A stretch of 63,791 bases of DNA from Chara braunii (taxonomy: Eukaryota > Plantae > Charophyceae). Made by a program: the position numbers and the translations under genes. The stretch lies in NCBI GenBank assembly GCA_003427395.1, contig BFEA01000046.1, positions 3,326,919 to 3,390,709 of the forward strand, written 5' to 3'. A model generated the notes under the pieces. The model saw only the letters and a program-made list of their open reading frames with translations, ran no database searches and was not told the origin of the DNA. Position 1 is the first letter of the stretch, and each line of letters opens with the position of its first letter. Of this stretch, positions 1-12,840 are shown piece by piece.

Positions 1-2153
1 GAGGGTGTGTGTAAAACACGACCATCCCATTTAGAATGGGACACTTAGACCTTGTCGTTTCGTCCAATGTTAGGTAGGGGGATGAGAGTAGTTAGGTACA
101 GGATACCTCAAGGCATGGATTAGGTAAGGAGCATGTTAGCAAGGTAAGAGTTAGTAGGTTAGCAATGGTTAGGAATGGGTATGAGAACCAAATCATAAGG
201 GGGGTGCACGCCCTAAAGGGCGTTTTTCGCCGCCTACCACCCATAGCAGCACATCAGAGGGATTAGCTTAGTATCGGCTCCTGTTAGCATTAGGGGTGGG
301 GGGAGGGTGTAGGGTAATGCAACATGGGTTTTTTTATGGGGGAGTTGATTAGGGGGGTCCATACCTTAGAGGTCATGGTTGGTGTCGCTGGTGAGTCAGT
401 CGCCGCCATAGCTCGTAGCGAGGTCGTGCAGCGTGGAGTCAGGTAGCTTGCCCACAAGCTCAGCGGATAGGGCACTGTATGAGTGCCACACCAAACTCAG
501 GCACGGGCTCAACTGTAAGGTTGCATACCCGTGAATAGGATAGAGGAGGAGGGGCGCTGCAAGAGAACTTGGCAGCTAGATCTGCGCGGGCGTAGTGCTG
601 CGTATGCTTGCCAGCAGCGGTAGTCGTACTCGTCTTTGTGGGCAGCTGTTGTATGGGGCGAGGTAGCTAAGTATATTTTCTGTAATGCATCGTACGCTCC
701 TGGTATAGCGGAGATGGAGTAGGATGGTGGAAGGGAGAGTGGCTTCATTTTGGCAGGGTAGGGGTCGACTCTTTTGAGGTTGGGGGGAGAAAGAATTGGG
801 TCCATAGCTGGAGTTGTTCTATGTGGGGCGGGGGGAGATTGGGTATGGTTGTGCTGTTCGTATAGTCCCAGCATCCGTCATGGGTGTGATCGTGTTTGTT
901 CGAGCTGAGGAAGGGGTGCAGGAGTTCTGCCAGAGGTGAGGCCTGTGTTCACGCTACCGTAGCTTTGTCGGGTTGCTGGATTTGCTTCCACCTTTGTCTT
1001 TTTTTGCGTCAGTGTGTGCAACGGTGTGGGTTCAATCGTCGTTTCGGGAGATGGCCTGGCTATGGTGGAGGGCAGCAGTTTCACGGCATGTTTGTCCTGT
1101 TTGCATGTCCGTTTATCTTGCGGTGTGTCAGGTGTGTCGTTTCGATGTGGTGCTATGCAGGTAGTGTTTCGGTAGTGTGTCGTATGGGACGAAGGCGAAA
1201 AAAAACGTTTTGGTTTTGTGCATGTGAGCCTAGATCTTGGTTTCTTTGATTGTAAGTTTTGTGTGTTCTGGGTGGTCGGTCCCATTGACCCATAACCGAA
1301 ATGCGGGAAGTGATCCTTATGGTATATAGGTTTCTTAGCTTATTATTTGTTCCGTATATGTTTGGGGTCGGGGATCATATTTCAGGGCTGGTGGTTTACA
1401 TTCTATGTGAGTTTATATATGGGGGGTAGTTAAGTAAAGGATGTTTCAATCTTTGCTTATTTTATTTTTATCCTTAATTTTACCTTTTTTGTTTGTGTGT
1501 TTTCTTTATTGTTATAATTTTTACCGGTTTATTATGATTATTATTATTATTATCAGGGTCACCAGCCCGTACGTACGGAGGTCCCCGGACAGACCTCCGT
1601 ACGTATGGGCGTTCGGGGTCCCGTACGGGGTCCGAACCTGACGGCGTTCAGCCCCCGCCAAAAATGATTTCGGGGCCGAAACATAATTATTTTTTCCTAA
1701 ATTGTTTTCTGTGAGTTTTCTATAACGTGAGGTCCGTGCCTGCCCAATAAGAATTAAAATTCGCCAAAAATGGGGGTGTCGAAACGTGCTCGCGCACGTA
1801 TTTTTTCACTTTTTACTTTTTGTTTTCACTTTAGTTTGGGGTCTAAACAATTTTATTATTTTTTGAAACTTTTTTAGTGGGTTTTGTATTATGTGAAGTA
1901 CACATCTGTAAATTTTCAGGGCATTTAGCTATGCCAAAAAAAAATGAAAAATCGCCAAAGATGGCGGTGTCGAAAACATGCTAGCGCACTCACTAAATTT
2001 AATTCTTTTTTTATTTTTATTTATTTTTATTATTAGTATTTATTTTCCGTATTTTATTTTTATTTTAAATTTGGTAAGGAATTCGGATGTAATTCTCAGG
2101 CAAATATTGTTTAATTTATTTTTTTCCATAACATATCTTCTTTTCAGATTGTT

Positions 2154-2184
<31 letters not shown>

Positions 2185-2420
2185 GGGGGGGTCCGCGTTC
2201 GGCCCAAACGGCCGAATGCATCCCCAAGGGGTCGCATACGTTCGGGCGTTCAGGTTCAGGCGTTCAGCCCGTTCCGAACGCCGGTTACCCTGATTATTAT
2301 TATTATTACTATATTATTATTATTACTATATTATTATTATTACTATATTATTATTATTACTATATTATTATTATTATTATTTTATTTTTAACTATTATTG
2401 TGTATGTGTGTGTGTGTGTG

Positions 2421-2454
<34 letters not shown>
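1..2454. repeat. Direct repeat block R, copy 1 (runs off the window start; contains the MITE at 1554-2292; ends in (TAT)n then (TG)n)
   Basis: 1-~1550 aligns colinearly with 17191-~18750 (both begin gagggtgtgtgtaaaacac; the parallel ORFs 509..874 and 17698..18066 are near-identical). Both copies continue into (TAT)n and then (TG)n, after which similarity stops. Confidence 0.93.
1554..2292. mobile_element. hAT-like MITE inserted in a (TAT)n microsatellite
   Basis: Ends CAGGGTCACC...GGTTACCCTG (imperfect TIR), GC-rich subterminal GTTCGG/CCGAAC motifs, AT-rich centre, flanked by attattat on both sides. Absent from the paralogous position in copy 2 (~18750). Confidence 0.8.
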
Positions 2455-2460
<6 letters not shown>

Positions 2461-2641
2461 CCCGTTCCCTCGTAATGGAGGTCCGGGTGGGGTAAGTCAC
2501 TTTTGTTTTGAACACTGGGATTAAGGACCTACCCCACCCGGGGTAGGCCTTCCATCCGAACCAAGCGAGAAGTTTTTATTTGGCTTACATACACATATAT
2601 GTACGTATTCAATGTCTATCTGGGTGCCAATTAACTAATTA

Positions 2642-4750
2642 TTAGTTGTGGATGAGTTGAAGCCACCTTAGTACAGTTTAAGAGTAGCATCGGAAAGGTT
2701 GCTAATTATCAGGGCATTGGAGGATCTTTTTGGTAATTCCTAACAGTCTGTGTTTTGAGAAGCCGTTGTGCACAAAGTTATTAATGGTTTGTTCTATTTC
2801 GATTGCTGCATGTTGAGGCTCAGATTCGACTATCATGATTGTGACAATTTGGGGTATTATCAGGTTAAGGGATTGCTGCATAGGTCTGTTGGAGTGTGCT
2901 TAGATGAATCTAGTGATAGGAAAGTTTAACTCCTTTCTTTTGTCGTATTTGTATGTTTTGAAATGACCAGAGCGAGTGTTGGTGATTTCGATGGTTGTGT
3001 TGAGAAAGTTGGTTTTGGTCCCTATGCTTTTGCCGTTGATTTCTGTTTTCTCATAAGTTTGCTCATTTAGGGTGATTAGTTGCAGAGGGTATAGGAAGTA
3101 TTTTTTTCTTGTACTGGTGATTTCCGGGTTGAGGAACTCATGTATTATTGGGTTATTAATGATATGGAAGTCATCGAAATATCGGAAGACGTGTTGGAAT
3201 AAGTGTAGGAGGTGTCTGTTGGTTTTGTGGGCGATTTTTCTCATGAATTTGTATTCGTATTTGAAGAAGTAGATGTTGCAACATACCGGTGCATAACTGA
3301 CACCCATGGGGATGCCCGGAACCTGCTTCCAGATGTTGTTGCCAAAAGATGTGTAGGCATTTGTAATGAGTCATTTATTGATTACATTAAGCATTTCATT
3401 ATTAAGGGAGAGATATCCATTGGGGGGGGGGTTAAACCAATCGCATGTGGGGGTTGGTTAGTTTCCTTTATAGTAGAATTTAAAGGCAAGTTGTACATCA
3501 TTACCGATTATTTTCCTTGCTTGTTGAAAGGCTAATCTTGTGAAGAACTTAATTGCATTCGGTAGCCCGTCTGAGCTATCATCAGTGGGTATGGTCTCGT
3601 AGCATCTTGTTATATCTGCGGAGAACACCGTCGTTGCCTGCGGGGGTATGTTGTAAACGTAGTCTGCTGTCGAGTCTATGGGCTGCCAGTAGGGTACTTT
3701 AATACCAGTTTCGACGAGAGTTTGTTGCGTGAGATATCCACAGTGAGTTTTCACAACCTTGATTAGTGCTTTAAGGATGGCAACAGCAAGGTCAGCAAGA
3801 GGAGAGGAAATTGTGTCAGACGCATTGGTGAGCCAGCGAAAGGAGTTTTTATGCTTCTTATATGTGGCAAAGAGATATGGTAGTGACCTGTTTCCAATTG
3901 GGATATCGGGAAAGATTTTGACGAGTTCTTCTTTCTGGTTGGCGAGTAGATCATTAGCAGAGATGGAGCAGTGTTCAAAGTCGGGACTAGAGAGTCTCTG
4001 CAGGGCAAGGTATCTTATAAGATTAATACAGATGAACACTGGTGTATTCGGGGCTTTGTTGGCACCCAAAATATATAAATGTGAGGGGAACAATTTGATT
4101 TTGTGTCTGATTGCATGGTCGTGTATGTTGGTTTCCTTGTTTGGTTGACAGTTCGCAGTTGTTCGTAATATGATGTTGGTGAATTCTTGGTTTGCCTCTT
4201 GTGTGTGTTTGGCCGAGAGTGGTACTCCATTTTTTTCAAAAGTATTTATGAGGTTCTTCCAGACTAGGCCTGTTGCTGCCATGATGTCACTTTTCTTGGG
4301 TGTTTCTGGGGGGATGTGATTTAGGCCTTTACAAGTCGGTGCTTGGAGTTCCTTGTGGTTAATTATGTTCATGTCTAGAGTGATGGCATGTGCGGCTTCC
4401 TCTTATGGAAGGAGGTCAGTAGGGAGTGAGGTAGTAAACTTAGCAAAACGTTGTTGGTGACAAAAACATTTGTTTTGCAGCTGGTTTAACCATTCATTAA
4501 GTTCGAAGTCTCGAAAGACAGCTGCGGGTTTATACAATGTTTTGGCTATGTGGTCATTGTATGTCCATGAGAAAGTGCAGTGGTTCAAAAGGGGCAGGGC
4601 ATTCGGGTTGTATTTTCTTAGGATTTTCTCGAAGATTTTTCAGAATTTAATTATATCCATTAGTCGATTTGGGTAATGACAGGGTAGTATGATTTTATTA
4701 TTTTGTCTGTTGGCTTTCCATCCGAGCCTTCCATCCTCCATGGTCTGTGA
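2642..4750 (-). pseudogene. Penelope-like element reverse transcriptase (Naiad/Chlamys-type), single frame with several premature stops
   Basis: ORFs 4403..4588, 3458..4372 and 2900..3307 share one frame. Joined, they read CFCH...HAITLDMNIINHKELQAPTCKGLNHIP...NKAPNTPVFIC...SADITRCYETIP...KQVPGIPMGVSYAP...FRYFDDF...NFLNTTI...YDKRKELNFPITRF...SNRP (thumb), ending at TAA 2642-2644. No C-terminal endonuclease follows. Confidence 0.88.
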
Positions 4751-5513
4751 TCACAGCTCCTGCACAACGTTCGCACAAGCATTTAGTGGTCACATATTCG
4801 TAAGAATGGGTATGCTTGACCCAGAATTTGAGTGTGAATTCATATGGTGGCGGGGAGTGAAGGTATGGGGGGTTGGACTTGGTGGTGTGGGGCGAAGCAT
4901 GATTTGGAGGTGGCGAACGGGACATGTGTTATACAGTATGGGTGTATATAGGTGCAGCTGATGGGTTTGGGGAGTGAGGAGGACGTTGGGTTTATGTAGG
5001 TAGGGTACAACTTTTTGAGTGGCGCAAGGACTGCAGGTGTGGGGTCAATTATTGCAATTTGAAACAAAATTTATACAAAAAACAGCTTTTCGGCATGAAG
5101 GTAATTAAAGGCTGGATCATACCAGCGTATTATTCCTGCTTATTTAGTCTCAGAACCCTGTGCCAGATCAAGTCAGTGACCAATAAATTGGAGACTATGG
5201 CATCTTCGAGTTCGTTCTTTGAATGCTCAGTACAAAGTTTCTATCTCAGACTGACGGAGCTTTACGTTCCGAATTCACTAGAATTTGGACTTTGTGCTAG
5301 TACTAACTACGTACTAGACCTACTTGTCTTATTTACCAGGATTTTTTATTTCCGTCTGTATAGCAGCAATGTTGTTTATAACCTCCCTATATGTATATTT
5401 CCATTTATGTAGCGGTATACTTCTATGTAGCTGAATAGGTTGTGTTATTCTTAGTCAAAAAGGGCTATCTTGGTGTATCGTATCAGCTCAGCAGAGGAGC
5501 AGAACAAGTAGTT

Positions 5514-8330
5514 CTAGCTATTCGCGATGCTTGAAATGCCGAATTGGTAGTCGGGGCTGAGTCTGCGACAGACTCTCTTCCATGAATCTTCAGATGTCGC
5601 AGATTCGGCACCAAGAGTTGTCTGGTCTCTGGAGGTCCTTAGTAGTGAAGATTCAACACTACTGACACCGTAATTGTGTCTGAGTGCCTCAATTGCGAAT
5701 GTAGGCTGTAGCGGTGTATCTTGCGATGGCGAGCTGATAATGATGGGGAGCTGCAGTCTTTCGCCCTCGTTGATTTCACTGCTGCTAACTTGGATGATTT
5801 CCGGATTTCCCTGTGCTGGAGGTTGCTCGGGTATGTTTTCCCTACCATGTCTCTGAGGCCATTGGTGGATCAATTGTTTGGCTGGTGGCAACCATGTGTG
5901 TGCAGGATGGGGTGGCGGGTCTGCTTGGGAAGGAGCAGCTGCATTGGTGGTGGGGATACTGTGTATAGCGGCTAGTTGTCGGGTTGCTAGGGGTAGCTGG
6001 TGGGTTGTGGACGTGCTTTGTCGCAGTGGCTGGGTGTGGAGGAAGTCGTGCATATCTGGCTGGCGGTAATCGCTTTGCGGCTGACCATGCCTTGCATGCT
6101 TTTGCCTTTGCTTGCTATTTTGCAGTGCTGCAGCCTACTCGTCTTGTTAGCCCTTCGGGTGTTGTGTCTTTGCGGGTTGGGCAGTGGGTTCATTGCGATG
6201 CTCAGCAGTTGCTCTCTTCTCCGTGTCAGTATGTCTGCTTCTGTATTGTGGTTAGGTGCAGGTGGGGCAACGATGTGATTGTTACTGGTGGGTGTGAATA
6301 CAGCGTACGTGGTCATGTGACCAGGTGAGCTGTAGCTGTTTGTGCCGGTAGTTCTTTGGATGGCGAGGATGGAGGCCGTATGGTTCGCATTTGGTGTTGT
6401 CGCGATGGTATTTCTGGCAGAATGTTGTGCAACGGCGAGGGTGGAGGCGTTAACTTGAAGTTGTGACATGGTGGGGGCCTGGTTGGCCCATTGGTTGGGG
6501 GAAGTGAGGGCGGGGAGTGGTTGAGGGCCAGTTTGCAGATCGGGGCGGGGTGCGGAGTGATAATTGTGTGTGGTAGTTGCAGAGGGTTGTTGTGTGTTGT
6601 GGTTGCTTTGCAGCATGTGTTCTGCGCCAGATGTGCTGTGTTGTGGTGGGGTGTGTGATGGTGAGGTGTTTGCAATGGAATGTTGTTGTGTGCCCGATAC
6701 AGGTTGTCGCAGTGTGTCAGGTGTTGTGGTGGGGGCAGCCGTGGGGGGCATGGAGCCGGTTGTGGGTGCGGGGGTCAAGTGTGCTGGTGTCCTTGTTGCA
6801 ACTGTATTTGAGAATGGGTGACTGCGATTGTTGTGCGAAGGATGTCAGCGGTGCGTGTGTTGCAAGAGATCATGGGATGGGGGTACCTAGTCGCATTTGA
6901 CGGCATCTGCGCAACGAGTTATCTTCATAGTCAACGGCTCCGTTCCTTCTGGCGGCGTTTGGTGTTAGGATACCTTCCGCATGGGGGAGGAGTGTTGCAG
7001 TGAACTTGCGTACGAACGACACGTCCTTGAAGTCTTCGAAGTGGAGGATCTCTTCAGCAGTAATCGTCTTATTCTGCGTGATGAGGTGCACAATCTTCAT
7101 CATGTATTCTCTCATGAAGAGGAACGTGATCTGAGCCAGGATCGACTTTCTCCATGTGGTGTGCAGCAAGGCATGGAACTCGAGCATCTTGATCTTGTCT
7201 GAAGGTGCATGCGGGTCCAATTTGTCAAGGTTGCCGATGACGTACCAGAGCATGTGATCCGGCCATATGAAGTTTACCTCACATCCTGTGCATGCACATT
7301 TGAGAAAGCGTCTCCCGGCGTTCCACAATTTCTTGAGTTCTAGCAGGTCCATTGGAAACCTGGGGATGCCTTTCTGGTGCAGCAGCGGCTTCTGCGGACA
7401 TTTGCCCTTCTCCAGTTTGGACATCAGCGGGAAGTCAACGTCCAATCCAGCTCTTCCGACAGGGAAGTGGATTGTGGCGTTTTTGGCCGCAGTTCGGCAG
7501 TTCAGTATATCTGCACTGCTCAGGCCGGCAAGTGTCATGTAGGCATCAACACTGATTGGTGCAGTATAGTTAAACGTGTCCAACTTCCATATTCGGTCAT
7601 GTACACGTTGAACAACCTTTTCCGTCCACGTGCTTGAGGCAAGCGGTAGGAAGGGGCTGTTTTTGCTGAACTTATGGCTAGTGTCTCTGGCCACCGTGGA
7701 GATGTCGAGGTGGGCGCAGTCCCTTCTCATTGCTTCCTTCCTTTTGAAGTATTCTAGTTCTACTTGCGTTAACGAGATGTTGTTGATGTCTGTCTCTGTA
7801 AAGGTTTCTGCGCTCTCATTGGTTGAGATTTATCCATCGCTGTCCAGATGCGAGGTGTCGTACCCATGGATGCTGAGGATGACCTTCTCGCCCTTGGCGA
7901 CGATGAGGTTCAATTTTCTGTTCTCCATGGCCGCCCTCTTGCAGGCCTCTGTGATGTTGGAGACAAGCTCTTTGATCATGTCATCAAGTTCGTGGGGTCT
8001 GGTCTGCATTACGGCAACCATGGTGGCCTAGTCGCTAAAAGAGAGGTTCTCTATTAAGAAGGGAGCCTATCCATTAATGGTCTGATGCACGCGCAGCAGA
8101 ACATCAGCAGGAATAGCCAGCATGGCTATCTAAAAGTGCACGATGGGTGGCTTGGGGGTAGAGAACGGTCTAATGGCAGAGACCAGTTCTGGATGTCATC
8201 CCATTAAGATATTGTTCTGATCCTACACAATTTTACATGCGCGCAAGGGGTTAGTGTTTTGCAGTATTCCAATCCTATTTTTGGCGATGTGGGCAAAACA
8301 GGCAGTTTGGCCAGATTCTATAACAAAATT
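5514..8330 (-). pseudogene. Long decayed ORF upstream of the PLE RT (globular N-terminal part plus a Pro/Thr/His/Gln-rich tail), function unknown
   Basis: 7830..8021 and 6870..7730 are in frame across one TAA, and the frame extends to ~8330 through a few stops. It continues via frameshifts into 5987..6778 and 5514..6053. Contains CACTGCEVNFIWPDHMLWY. Confidence 0.6.
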
Positions 8331-9585
8331 AAAGATCGTTTATTATTGACGGGGTACGTAGTTTGAGTTTTTATGCCTGTCTACTTAAATAGTGCTTAGA
8401 TGGGGAACGCCTGTATTATGCATATGGTTTTGTGGTTGGGTATAGGATTGGGTAGCGCATGTGGAGGAGTCAACTAAAGAGGTGTGTACCGGTTGTGAGT
8501 ATCTGTGAGGTTCGTTGCTTTGGTATGTGAAACCATCTTGGTATGGTTTCTTCATATCCTTTATATGGCTCCGGGGGTGCGAGGCCTCTAGCTATTTATT
8601 AGGAAGGGTTTTAGGAGAGTTATCTATTTTATTTTGATGTTTGTTTTTAATTCTTTGCAAAATTTTAATTTTTTATTATTATATTTTTTTAATTTTTAAT
8701 TTTTTTACTTTGTTTTTTTTTTTTACTTTATATATTATTTTTTAAAAAGATTTATAATTTTTTTTTAAAAAATTATGAAAGAAAAAAACATTTTATGAAA
8801 AAGGCTTAATACGTGCATCTTAAAAAAAAAAATAAAAAAAAAATCTATACATTGCGAAGTCAAAAAATGTGGTTGCGAGAGCATTCATAGTAGCTATATT
8901 TTCGTGGGATCTCTCTTTTAAGAGGGGTATGCGTGGGTTGTATCATTTGTCGTTACGTACCTTTGGTTCGTGGAATTTTTATTGCACAGCGAGGTTGTAT
9001 GGGTGTGGACTTTTTAGCGTAGCAGAGTATAAAAAGGCGTAGGTACTGGAAGCGAGGCATGCTCTGACTCGTTATCATTGCGGCATGATAGGCGAGTGCT
9101 AAGGAGCGCACAATTGCAACAGCGTAATCCAGATTTTTTTGTGTGGGTTTGGTTCGAAGTTAGTGGAAGGGATGAGTATGTGGTTGCTGACGTTGAGGGA
9201 AAGAGAGAGAACGGAAGCAGAGGGTGAGAGGGATGTGAATCTGGTAAGCTATAGGAGTGGGTGGTGAGTTTGTGGTTCGGATGCGCATTTGGTGTAGTTT
9301 CGTTTATAGGGCGTGGAGGGGGCGAGGGACGTGAAGGAGGGGCAGCAAGCGTGCGGGGATTGGAGGTATTTTTGTGAAAGTAAGCTTAGTATCCGGGGAT
9401 CGGTTGTATAAGTAACAGGAGGAGGTCGTGCATGCGCTTGGCTAGAGGTGGATGATTGGATACGATCGTGAGCGTTCTTCAGAGGGGGTGTAGTGGTGAC
9501 GGGGCGGAGGGCAAAAGCGACATAGAGGTTGTTTTTTCAAGTGCAAGCAAGGGGAGGAGGGGGGGCCAATGTTTTTTTGTGAACA

Positions 9586-10017
9586 ATGGCAACAGTTGTA
9601 GTCTGTCGCGGTCAGGTGGCGGGTCGTACAATTGTGGTGTACGAGATGTTAGAGCATTGTGATTATCGTCCGGATCGTAATTTTGGCTTCGTGGAGGCCA
9701 TCAACCGTCATGGTTATCGTCAGTATGAGGTGGATGCAAATGGAGAATTGGTATTACGTTTAGATCTAGGTCTGGGCTATGTAGGTGATGATTTATGAGA
9801 TGCAACAATTTTTGTGACAAAGTTACATGGCAATGTACCGGACAGTTATCGTGGTAGGGGGGAAGACATTATCGAGCGAATTATTCGTTTACTGTTATCA
9901 GTGATAGCTTCAGAGCATGATGGTCGCATGATAGGGATTGCGGAATGGGAGGCGATACTGGATGCGCCTTTGGTCGGACGTCCCTATCTCCATGAGGAAT
10001 TGCGCGTGGACATGTAA
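9586..10017 (+). pseudogene. Small divergent ORF (~143 codons, one in-frame TGA), unknown protein
   Basis: 9586..9798 and 9814..10017 are in frame across a single TGA. Composition is that of a normal globular protein; a TATAAAA lies near 9028 and an AT-rich tract follows. Confidence 0.4.
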
Positions 10018-10838
10018 TTGGGCAAGATTTTACGGGGCCACTTTTAGTTGTGTGCAGTTTTAGTTGGCCCATCATTTTTTATGAGGGTACAATTGGCAGG
10101 ATGTGTGTTTTCAGTTTCCTGCCTGTACAGAGTGGGCTCGGTGCATTGCAAAAATGTGGGTCATCTATGTTTGTTTGAAGCAGACCATGAAAATTTTCTA
10201 ATTTTATTTTCTTAAAAAAATTGTGTTTGTTTGTATCTTATTTTATTTTTATCTATAAAAAATTATATTTCTATATATTTTTTTTTTTTAATATAATCTT
10301 GTTTTTTAATATTTTTATTATTTTGAAATAGCTTTAAAAGATTGTATTATGTGCTGTTTTGATTTAATATAAAGAGATCATTTTGTTTTCTTTAGTTTGG
10401 TGCACCAATGATTAATTGAGCTACGTATGTGTGTATGAACCTGGGATAATATTTATCTTCGTAGGGCATATTGGTTTCTGACGGCTGGTCAATAAGTGAG
10501 TTGTGCGACGTGTTATGTGGTGTTTAAAATTCTAGGCGTACTCTAACTTCGAAGTAATATCTATATCTATATTTACAAAAGTTTGGGAGGGGGATCAAAT
10601 GGACTGTTTTTTTTGGCAAGGAGCATATGTAGCTAAGGGTGTGTCGGGACCGTGCCACTGTTCCATCATTTTTTTTGGGGTATTTTCATATTAATTTTTG
10701 TGACTGTATTTTGATATTATTTTCCTATTTCGCAAGGCTAATCCTTGGCGAGATCGTACCAGGCGGGAGGATCAACCATGTCAAACGAAAATGTAAGGAT
10801 GTTGAAAATTTCGTTGTTTGTAGTAGGCAAAACGAATG

Positions 10839-12840
10839 TAGTAATTCCAATTATGTGCAATTTTTTTGTGGTTTTCCATTAGGGTTTCATATTAGTTTAT
10901 AAGTGTAGTTTCTTGTGCTACTAGTACTTGAGACGTTCCAGATTTTTAGTTATCTTTTGTTAGAATAGGTCAGTTATGGGTTAATCTTCGACCTTTATCT
11001 TCGGAAAAAAAATATATATCATCATGTCTTTCATGCGTAATTCGTCAATGGTAGTAATTCTGATGGGTTTAGTACATGTTTTTCAATTTAAATTCCGAGA
11101 ACCAATATTTTGCATGCATTCGTAGCCCAGGTCCAGTTTTGAAGTTACGGTCTGCTGATTTTAAGGATATGGTCCCTTTAAAAAAAAAAAAAAAAAAAAA
11201 AAAACACAAACCTCCGTTTTGTCACGTTGCGAGTTCTCATTCAAACAGTATTGGCAGTATTGCATATACCGGGCAGGGAGTACGTATTTTTCTAAAATTG
11301 TGATGTGGATTTCCACCATGAATTATTTGAATGAATTCGGCCCTAAATTGGGAAGTAAGAGAGTTCACAGACACGGAAGGGTACTCATAGTGTGACATTC
11401 ACACATCGCAATGCCCTTCAGTGTTTATATTAGTGAAAGAAGTCGCTTTAGATGCACAACCATGTTCTTACTGCAAGGTCACGTGAATTAGGCATATCAA
11501 TAATTTATGTGTGTATTTTTTTCGTCTGCATCTCATATCAGGAAAAATGCAAGTCGTGGTCATGTTTTCATGACTGATTTTCTTGCCTACGAAAACAAAT
11601 AATACAGCAAAAAGGCAGAAAAAAACCGATGAGAAAAATAGTAGAAGTGATCCCAGATAAGTGAGAAAGCATTTTTTGCAATAAAAAAATAGATAATTTG
11701 AACAAAGGACGAAACCACATATCATAAAGTAGGTATTTAGAACAAGCGCATAGCCAGCTATGGGTGTATCAACAGGGAAAGTAAATAGAGAGCAACGCCT
11801 CGTGCTGCTCTTTATGAGTTGGTTAGATATGCGACGACGTATCTCCTTAGCATATCGAATTCTCATAGGTGGATTAAGGATAATAGGCGCTTAAGTCGTT
11901 TATACAGCACCATTAAGCGTAGCACTGCATAATGAGTTTCGTATGAAAGGTCATTTGGTTTGCCCTCCTCAGGTTTTTTCATCTTGCGGTTCTGTCACGG
12001 AGCTGTAGACGATCGTGAGGAAGTTCTGTGGACCGGGTTGTTTTAGGCTACTATCGTAGTACTAAGCTGCGGTCACTTATTGATAAAATTTATAGATGTT
12101 TCGGATGTTATATAAGTATTTGGGAAAGTCAAAGAATCGACCATGTTTTGGCGATAAGATAAACGGAATGTATGAAACCACCGGTAGTGTCTTAATATTG
12201 CTTTGCGCATAATCCGGTGCATGTGGTTCACATAACATAGGCAGAGGTTTGTCCTGGAGCGCCACACTTGTTTGTCCGTAGTTGCTCTTTTTGAATACGT
12301 GGTGATTCTGACTAGTGATCGTGATTTTTATGTAAGGATTCTGTTTGGTGGTGTTTATAGTAACTTAATGGTTTATTTGGGTATTTTTCCGTCCAACTAG
12401 TATCCCTGTCGGAGAGCAAGAGAGAAGAAGAATCGTATCTTAATTAAGGCAGTCACAATTCTTCATATATTTCGAGTCATTAACGAAGTGTATACTCCCA
12501 TCGAGGCCTTATGATCATGAAAAGCCAGACTAGTGATTGAACGAAATTTTTAATGTTGATTAGGAACAGCTTATGTGTGTGTTGGCAGAATTGGTATGGT
12601 CCATGTTTCCGTATTGGTGATGTGTATGTAAATACTTATATAGTGTTAAGGGGGACATAGGTTATTATCTAGCATTGGGGTCTGTAGGTACGTAAGGTGA
12701 GAAGATAACCATGCGGTCTGTGTAAAAGTTTAAAGTATAACGTGTACCGGACGACTGTTCAAATATTAATTTATGCATGCTTGTAAACATCCTAGCTGAT
12801 GTAGCGCCCGAAAGCACGAATTTGATAGTATCATTATGTC
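10839..12840. repeat. ~2-kb tandem duplication, copy A
   Basis: Colinear similarity to 12884-15828 (e.g. cattagggtttcata, gatgtggatttccaccatgaattatttga, catatcgaattctcatagg, tgtagcgcccga). Confidence 0.9.

Noticed and set aside
290-1285. Selenoprotein-like ORF with in-frame TGAs conserved in both R copies
   Set aside because: Differences between copies are largely non-synonymous in that frame and no SECIS is recognisable; shared TGAs simply reflect recent duplication.
3557-3590. CTGATGA followed by a stem on the minus strand
   Set aside because: Lies within RT coding sequence (IPTDDSSDGLPN) and lacks a correctly placed GAAA.
5050-8330. Alternative genetic code (TAA/TAG = Gln) suggested by many in-frame TAR codons
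   Set aside because: TGA stops also occur, the Gypsy and transposase remnants show the same kind of stops, and every stop codon is one C->T change from a sense codon. Ordinary deamination decay is sufficient.
11930-11975. CTGAGGA...GAAAC hammerhead-like spacing
   Set aside because: No proper stem II, and the core is not conserved in copy B.
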